Made by a program: the position numbers and the translations under genes
NCBI GenBank assembly: GCA_965662235.1
Contig: CBFIGY010000048.1
Location: 1 to 14,112, forward strand
Origin: an uncultured bacterium
Lineage (GTDB): Bacteria; SAR324; NAC60-12
Length of the DNA stretch: 14,112 bases
Direction: 5' to 3'
The notes under the pieces: generated by a model
What the model was told of the DNA's origin: nothing
Databases searched by the model: none
Seen by the model: the letters and a program-made list of their open reading frames with translations, nothing else
Shown: piece after piece, positions 8,957 through 14,112 of the stretch
Layout: each line of letters opens with the position of its first letter
Numbering within the stretch: the stretch's first letter is position 1

Positions 8957-10306
8957 TTACTCGACGCGCTGAATCACATGAAACCCAAACGGAGTTTCCA
9001 CCACGCCACTGACCTCTCCGGGCTTCAGGAGGAAGGCGGCGGCTTCAAACTCGGGAACCATCTGTCCACGGGGGAAGCGTCCGAGCATGCCACCTTGCGG
9101 AGCCGAAGGGCCGTCGGAGTTGCTCTTGGCCAACTCTTCAAAGTTTTCTCCTCCCTGCGCACGTTTGGCCAGGTCTTGGGCCAGAGCCAGAGCTTCATCC
9201 CGGGAGCGGGACTGAGTGGCGCGGGCGGCTCCTTGGTACTGAATGAGGATGTGCCGGGCGGTGATCAGCTCCAGCGGGACACGGTGGAAGACGATGTAAC
9301 CAAAGGGCGTGTCCACCGGGTCACTGATCTGACCTTCCTTGAGGGTGAACACCGGCTGGAAGAATTCTGGAAGCTGCGGGTCCTGACGGGCCAGCATCGG
9401 CAGCTTGGGCTGCTCCGGAAGGTCTGTCAGCTGCTGAGACAGCTCAGCGAAGTTGACGCCTTCGCGACGGGCAAGGTCCGCGATCTGAGCGGCGACCTTT
9501 TGCGCCTCTTCCTTGTTGTAGTAAAGGTTGGAGCGCGGAGAGCGAGACCCCTGGTAGGCAATGACCAGCAGCTCCAGAGACACTTCATCCACCTGTGGTT
9601 GTCCGGACTCCGGGACTTTCTTGGGGTCCAGCTTGCCGGTGGCCTCCGGAAGCGTCTTCTTGTTCTTTTCTGCCAGCTTGCGCATCGCTGCGGCAGCGTC
9701 GGCTTCAATGGCTTTCGGGTCAAACGCCTCAGCGTCGGCGCCCACGGCCTCAATGGTAACCTTCTCAATCAGATCACCCTGGGCAATGGCGTTCACGACG
9801 TCCATGCCCTCGACGACCTCTCCGAACACGGAGTGCTTGCCATCCAGCCAAGGGGTGGGAACGTGGGTGATGAAGAACTGGCTTCCGTTGGTGTTGGGGC
9901 CGGCGTTGGCCATGGAAAGGGTTCCGGGCTTGTCGTGCTTGAGCGTCGGGACAATTTCATCAGCAAACTGATACCCCGGTCCTCCGGCGCCGGTGCCGAG
10001 CGGGTCGCCTCCCTGAATCATGAAGTTGTCAATGACCCGGTGGAAGCTGAGGCCATCGTAGAAGTTGCTGGTCTTCGGTTGCTTGGTGATCGGGTCCTGC
10101 CACTCCTTGGTTCCAGAGGCCAGGCCGACAAAGTTGGCGACCGTCTGGGGGGTCTGCTGGTAGAACAAACGGAGCACAATGGCCCCTTTGCTGGTTTCCA
10201 TTCGCGCATAAAGGCCGTCCGGAAGAGCGGCGCCTGCCGGACCTGCTGAGAGCAGCGACAGGGTCAAAAGGGCGAATAGGGTCAGGAAGGGACGCAACCG
10301 AAGCAT
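8957..10306 (-). CDS. exported peptidyl-prolyl isomerase: cyclophilin domain + two parvulin (PpiC-type) domains
   Basis: Signal peptide [26 protein letters not shown]; cyclophilin motifs [41 protein letters not shown]; parvulin motifs [44 protein letters not shown], plus an upstream degenerate copy. Start chosen at ATG 10306 (449 aa) because it begins the signal peptide. Confidence 0.92.
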   Translation of the reverse strand: MLRLRPFLTLFALLTLSLLSAGPAGAALPDGLYARMETSKGAIVLRLFYQQTPQTVANFVGLASGTKEWQDPITKQPKTSNFYDGLSFHRVIDNFMIQGGDPLGTGAGGPGYQFADEIVPTLKHDKPGTLSMANAGPNTNGSQFFITHVPTPWLDGKHSVFGEVVEGMDVVNAIAQGDLIEKVTIEAVGADAEAFDPKAIEADAAAAMRKLAEKNKKTLPEATGKLDPKKVPESGQPQVDEVSLELLVIAYQGSRSPRSNLYYNKEEAQKVAAQIADLARREGVNFAELSQQLTDLPEQPKLPMLARQDPQLPEFFQPVFTLKEGQISDPVDTPFGYIVFHRVPLELITARHILIQYQGAARATQSRSRDEALALAQDLAKRAQGGENFEELAKSNSDGPSAPQGGMLGRFPRGQMVPEFEAAAFLLKPGEVSGVVETPFGFHVIQRVE

Positions 10307-10468
10307 GAGAAATTGGGGGGACGGAGGGTTGTCAAAGGGGGTGGAGGGGTTGCTCAGGGGGAGCAAGAAGCCCCTGAGAGCCAAGCGCGACATGAGAGTC
10401 GAAAATCAGCAAGGTGCAGAGCAGGCTAGGTTGAGCAAGGTTCCACAAGAAACGTTGAAGAATTTCCT

Positions 10469-10497
10469 ACCATAAGCAGCCTTGCCGGATCACACAA
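10469..10497 (-). promoter_or_regulatory. candidate sigma70 promoter for the PPIase-to-rfb gene run
   Basis: Minus strand TTGTGT-17 nt-TATGGT in the 280-bp intergenic region; moderate match only. Confidence 0.3.
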
Positions 10498-10525
10498 GCC
10501 TTTTTGTCTCAAGGGGGAGGAAATG

Positions 10526-10579
10526 AGGGGGCGGAGGGCCCCCTGCTTGGGGAGGGAAGAGGAGGCCTGATGCCTCCTC
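10526..10579 (-). terminator. tandem GC-rich hairpins just after the stop of the 496-aa gene (possible terminator or stability element)
   Basis: GAGGAGGC-ctgat-GCCTCCTC (10559-10579) and AGGGGGC-ggagg-GCCCCCT (10526-10544); only weak U/pyrimidine tails. Confidence 0.45.
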
Positions 10580-10586
10580 ATGGTCT

Positions 10587-12077
10587 TCAGCGGAGGATGT
10601 TCTTGAGGGTCTCGATTTTGCGGACCATCTGCCCATCTCCGGCATAGCGTTCAGCAAAGCGAAGCTGTTGGGTCAGCTCGGCGCTCAGGTCTGCCGGCAG
10701 CATGCCGTCCTGGCTTTTTTCCAGAATCTGCCGCTGGGCATTGTCCACAACCATTCCCGGAAGCACCTTCAGCAGAACATCGCGCTGCTTGAGGGCCTGA
10801 GAAAGCTGGGCATCGTTCGAGGCCCGCAGGGAGGCATCCTGCAGCGTCTCCAGCGCCGAAATGTAGGTCTGGATCTTCAGGTGCTCGTCCTGCTGCCGTT
10901 GGGCGGCCCGGATCTGCTCCACCGCCTGCAGGTAGAAGCGCTCAAACTCGCTCTCCTCCCCACTGGAGGGAATCACCGAGCGGGGGACGTTGAGGGCAGT
11001 GGGGGCATCGAGCAGTTGCTGTCGCCGCGCCACACTCTGGTCGGTGACGCTGTAGAAGGACACAATGACGGAGTTCCGGTCGGTGATTTCCACAAACGGC
11101 GGAAGCTCAAAGATGTCTGGATTGATCTGCGCCCGCAGGAACACCCGCTTCTGGTGCTCAACATCGGTCACCAGCTCGACAAAACGGAGGTACTCCAAAG
11201 ACCGGAAGCCCGGGATTTCGCGGAGCTTTTCGGCGTTCGGAATGACGACCTGGACGTAGAACTGGTTGCGACGCATCCCGGTCTCCGGATCCCGCATGCT
11301 CTGCTCAACGACCTGGAACGGAAACATGTCCGGCGTCAGCGTCATGGGACGGTCAAAGAAGACCTCAATGCCGAAGCGGTAGATGTTCCGCAGCTCATCT
11401 TCTGTCTGGCGGGGGATGGCGACCATCTCCCGGACCTTGAAGGTCTTGCTGTGAATGACGTCCCCCGGCAGGGGCTCGGGGCTCAGGGCGCCGTTTTGCA
11501 AAAGCCGGTAGGCCATGGGGTACGTGAGCACCTCCCGCATGCCGTTTTCCAACTCAATGACGTAGCGGTAACGGTTGCCGTTAGTGTCCGTGGCAAAGCG
11601 ACTTTCTTCTCCCGGAAGCAGCAGGCGGAAGCGGCTGATGGCCAGCTTGACGCTGCGTCCCTCGAGCATGTCGTGCTCATCAAAAACCTTGGTGTAAAAC
11701 TTGGCCCGGAGCGCCTCCTTGTGGAACTCGTTTTTGTCGAGAACCGCAAACTCGGTGCTTTCAGAGGAGGGGAAGATCAGGGCCTGGTTCCCGGGAAGCC
11801 GGAGCTGATCGGTGAGGGTCCATTCATAAATCCGGTCCATCAACCAGTCTCGGGTGGAACCATCGTCCAGCAGGGCCTGAAGGTAGTACTCGGTCTCCGT
11901 CCGGCTTTTGACAAAGACGGCGTTGACGCGGAAGGTCTTGAACTCCCCCCGGTTCAGCACATTGGCCAAGCGGATGGCGTTTTCGCGACTCGTGTACTTA
12001 GGGAAGGCGAGTGCGGTGGTGGTGAACCCAACCAGAGCCCATCCGAGTGCCAGCAAGATCAGAAATCGCTTACTCAA
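10587..12077 (-). CDS. hypothetical exported protein (central AMIN-like beta domain, helical C-terminus)
   Basis: Long ORF, co-oriented with and overlapping the upstream gene. Preferred start is TTG at 12077 (GGGAG 6 nt upstream; TTGAGTAA overlap with the upstream stop), giving the signal peptide MSKRFLILLALGWALVGFTTTALA. Alternative ATG starts at 12092 and 12104. The domain call is by eye. Confidence 0.8.
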   Translation of the reverse strand: MSKRFLILLALGWALVGFTTTALAFPKYTSRENAIRLANVLNRGEFKTFRVNAVFVKSRTETEYYLQALLDDGSTRDWLMDRIYEWTLTDQLRLPGNQALIFPSSESTEFAVLDKNEFHKEALRAKFYTKVFDEHDMLEGRSVKLAISRFRLLLPGEESRFATDTNGNRYRYVIELENGMREVLTYPMAYRLLQNGALSPEPLPGDVIHSKTFKVREMVAIPRQTEDELRNIYRFGIEVFFDRPMTLTPDMFPFQVVEQSMRDPETGMRRNQFYVQVVIPNAEKLREIPGFRSLEYLRFVELVTDVEHQKRVFLRAQINPDIFELPPFVEITDRNSVIVSFYSVTDQSVARRQQLLDAPTALNVPRSVIPSSGEESEFERFYLQAVEQIRAAQRQQDEHLKIQTYISALETLQDASLRASNDAQLSQALKQRDVLLKVLPGMVVDNAQRQILEKSQDGMLPADLSAELTQQLRFAERYAGDGQMVRKIETLKNILR

Positions 12078-12990
12078 AATTTTCTCCCACATAAATTTCC
12101 ACATCGGTGCCCATCTTGTTGGTCCGGCTCAAGGGCATGGGTTCCACCACCTGCTCCCCGGGGATCAACTCCGAGAGCGCTAGGGCGGCCTTGAGGAAGT
12201 TCGGACGGAAGTAGATCTTGGTCTTCATCAGGCTGACCTCTTCCCGGACCGAGGAGATGTTGAGGATCTCCAGCTTCATGCCCAACCGGTCTTCCAGAGC
12301 ACGGCGCTGCTGCCGTTCCAGGAGGATCGCCAGGCGTTGAGCGCTGCTGACGTGCGGGGACGCGTTCAGGATGGAAAGGTTCAGCTGCAGCGGTTGCTGG
12401 TAGGCAAAGAGCGCGGCCACCGGGTGCAGCAACACCGCCTCCCGGGCGCTCAGACCCGGCTGCGCCATACTGGGCAACGAGCCCTGCTCCACCAAGGAGT
12501 TGTCCTCACTGGCCACCGGAATGTCCGGCGTCTTGCGGGGAACCTCAACAAGGGCAAAGGCCAGCTGCTGACCGTTGGAGCGTTCCGGATCCACCCGAAC
12601 CGTGGCCTCCTTGTTGGAAAGCAGGTCCAGCTTCACAATGAACTCCGGACTCCCTTCTGCCGTCCGGTCAATGCTCTCCTGAATCTGAAACTCCCGGAGC
12701 AGCCCCTCGGCGGGGAACTCCTGAAACTCCCGATCCGGAAGCATCACACTGTTGACAAAGGCCTGCGGAATGGTGATGACGCTCCGCTCAAACGCATCAT
12801 CGGTTTCAATGCTGATGCGCTCAAACAGCGCCGGGTCAAACTGCCCCTTGATGGTCAGGTACGACTTGGGGAGCCCAGCGACATACTCCACCTGGTCCAG
12901 CATGTGTCCGGTGGTTTGGGCGTGGACCAGCGAGGCCCCTAGCGTCAGCCCGATGACTCCTGCGAGAATCCGGGACCAAAAACGTTTCAT
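12070..12990 (-). CDS. exported protein with C-terminal LytR_C domain and N-terminal AMIN-like domain
   Basis: Start at ATG 12990 with an AGGAG RBS; signal peptide MKRFWSRILAGVIGLTLGASLVHA. The C-terminus fits the LytR_C pattern: LSILNAS....AQRLAILL...KTKIYFRPNFLKAALALSELI...DVEIYVGENF. Confidence 0.8.
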   Translation of the reverse strand: MKRFWSRILAGVIGLTLGASLVHAQTTGHMLDQVEYVAGLPKSYLTIKGQFDPALFERISIETDDAFERSVITIPQAFVNSVMLPDREFQEFPAEGLLREFQIQESIDRTAEGSPEFIVKLDLLSNKEATVRVDPERSNGQQLAFALVEVPRKTPDIPVASEDNSLVEQGSLPSMAQPGLSAREAVLLHPVAALFAYQQPLQLNLSILNASPHVSSAQRLAILLERQQRRALEDRLGMKLEILNISSVREEVSLMKTKIYFRPNFLKAALALSELIPGEQVVEPMPLSRTNKMGTDVEIYVGENFE

Positions 12991-13147
12991 TGCAGCGGTT
13001 CTCCTATGAGGCGGCACATGGTCCGCCAGTTGCCTAATCGTGAAGAGCAGAGGACTGCTCCCTCTCCGCACCGAAATGCAGAAAATGAGCCAGCCCCCGG
13101 AAGCCTGCGGGGTCCGGTCCCTTAATGAACCCCTGTGCATTTTTTCA

Positions 13148-13175
13148 TTGACTCTGTCGCTTCAGTTTTTACAAT
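13148..13175 (+). promoter_or_regulatory. sigma70 promoter of the tRNA operon
   Basis: TTGACT (13148-13153)-16 nt-TACAAT (13170-13175), with a T-tract upstream, 13 nt before tRNA-Gly. A 16-bp spacer is typical of stable-RNA promoters. Confidence 0.8.
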
Positions 13176-13188
13176 AGTGGTTTGTGCA

Positions 13189-13264
13189 GCGGGAGTAGCT
13201 CAGTTGGTAGAGCATCAGCCTTCCAAGCTGAGGGTCGCCGGTTCGAGCCCGGTTTCCCGCTCCA
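13189..13264 (+). tRNA. tRNA-Gly (anticodon TCC)
   Basis: 76 nt, GCGGGAG...TTCCCGC-T-CCA; D arm GCTCAGTTGGTAGAGC; anticodon arm TCAGC-CTTCCAA-GCTGA; T loop GTTCGAG; CCA encoded. Confidence 0.98.
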
Positions 13265-13298
13265 ACTCGTCAGTTGGCGTGGCACAATTCCTTCCGAT

Positions 13299-13375
<77 letters not shown>

Positions 13376-13574
13376 TTTAATTCCCCAGTACAATTCAGAA
13401 ACTCAGGTTCTTTGGGTCTGCTCCTCGTTCCGGGCTGATCTCGGCTCCTTCTCGTGCGCCCTCGTTACTCCATAGGCCAGCATCCCCCTGTTCAGCGACT
13501 CAAAGGAGGCGCCGCGGGCAAAGTCGCGAAGAGGACGGGGAAGATCTGAGTGCACGTCATGGAAAAGGGGCTCA

Positions 13575-13688
13575 TTTTCGACCGCAAAATCCCCGCATCT
13601 GGTAGCTAAGTCCCTGATTTTTCAGTCCCCACCCCTCAGGGAATCCCCCCTATTTTTGACCGCAAATGAGGGCCCTAATCTATTGATA
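13575..13688. repeat. 14-bp imperfect direct repeat x2, each followed by an IHF-consensus site
   Basis: TTTTCGACCGCAAA (13575-13588) and TTTTTGACCGCAAA (13653-13666). Minus-strand AATCAGGGACTTA (13607-13619) and TATCAATAGATTA (13676-13688) both match WATCARnnnnTTR. Confidence 0.6.
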
Positions 13689-13723
13689 TTTTGTTTTAAA
13701 TGCCTTGAGGGTGAACTTTGGGG

Positions 13724-13752
13724 GGAGTAGCTTGAAGCAAAATTGCTACTCC
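13724..13752. other. inverted repeat
   Basis: GGAGTAGC-13 nt-GCTACTCC. Confidence 0.45.
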
Positions 13753-13974
13753 AGCAGTTGCGCAGGTATTCATGGAGAAGTGGTTTCAGGCCTCTCTGTG
13801 GGGGCTGCCCGGTGCGGCAACCCCTGTCTTCTTCAGCATGATTTCTGTCTTCGATCTCAATCGGAGCCCCGCAGGCTGCGTAGGGGCACGCCAGCAGGTG
13901 ATCCACGATGCGATTTCAGCCTTCAGGGCCTCGTTCTCTGCTCGCAAGGTAAGATCTTTGTCCAAGGAATCTAT

Positions 13975-14112
13975 ATGTACCAGATTAGCCGTGAAACCAA
14001 CGACATCGTCCAGCTTAAAGAGCGACTTTTCAGTGAGCTGGGGTTTCGTGAGCGTGAGCACTTACAGGAGTGGATAGCTAAGAACCCTGAGGTGCTTGGC
14101 GAAGAGCTGCTG
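13975..14112 (+). CDS. 5' end of a DUF4268-associated/NucS(DUF91)-like PD-(D/E)XK nuclease protein, truncated by window edge
   Basis: Not in the ORF track. AAGGA RBS, then ATG 13975: MYQISRETNDIVQLKERLFSELGFREREHLQEWIAKNPEVLGEELL, open to the window end. FSELGFRER.HLQEWIAKNP..LGEELL matches the N-terminus I recall for this family; the catalytic motif would lie beyond the window. Confidence 0.75.
   Translation, partial: MYQISRETNDIVQLKERLFSELGFREREHLQEWIAKNPEVLGEELL

Noticed and set aside
8594..10249. 551-aa plus-strand ORF
   Set aside because: Antisense shadow of the PPIase and COG1058 genes, which carry clear family motifs on the minus strand.
10330..10335. Perfect TTGACA on the minus strand upstream of the PPIase
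   Set aside because: Only 23 nt from the ATG, with no acceptable -10 hexamer at 16-18 nt spacing.
10668..12194. 508-aa plus-strand ORF
   Set aside because: Antisense to the 496-aa ORF, which has a signal peptide, an RBS and operon coupling; its composition is typical of a shadow frame.
13723..13732. 10-bp match GGGAGTAGCT to the 5' part of tRNA-Gly, and 8-bp TCCCCGCA (13590-13597) matching the tRNA-fMet 3' end
   Set aside because: Too short to call an att duplication and compatible with chance.
13622..14077. ORFs 13622..13906(-), 13772..14077(+) and 13786..14061(-) as intact genes
   Set aside because: No family similarity over their length; two overlap the better-supported nuclease-family start at 13975.
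13376..14112. CRISPR array
   Set aside because: No regularly spaced 23-47-bp repeats; only two 14-bp repeats are present.

Overview
Bacterial chromosomal segment; my spot counts give about 60% GC in the core. Its gene content is reminiscent of deltaproteobacteria-like/SAR324-type genomes, which is only an inference. Most of the window is one co-oriented run of minus-strand housekeeping and envelope genes, read right to left: an exported AMIN-like + LytR_C protein, an exported hypothetical protein, a cyclophilin-parvulin-parvulin PPIase, a standalone CinA/COG1058 protein, gpmI, ugd, a DUF2322-DapD fusion, kdsD, glpK, rfbA and rfbC (truncated by the left edge). The left end drops to about 45-50% GC, probably the start of a polysaccharide/O-antigen cluster. 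At the right end a divergent tRNA-Gly(TCC)/tRNA-fMet operon is followed by a non-coding segment with paired direct repeats and two IHF-consensus sites. After that comes the 5' end of a DUF4268/NucS-like nuclease gene missed by the ORF track, the probable edge of a tRNA-anchored island. Most notable are the DUF2322-DapD fusion, the cyclophilin plus double-parvulin fusion, the roughly 7-fold excess of the palindrome TCCGGA, and the att/leader-like architecture after tRNA-fMet. I see no complete novel multi-gene system wholly inside the window.
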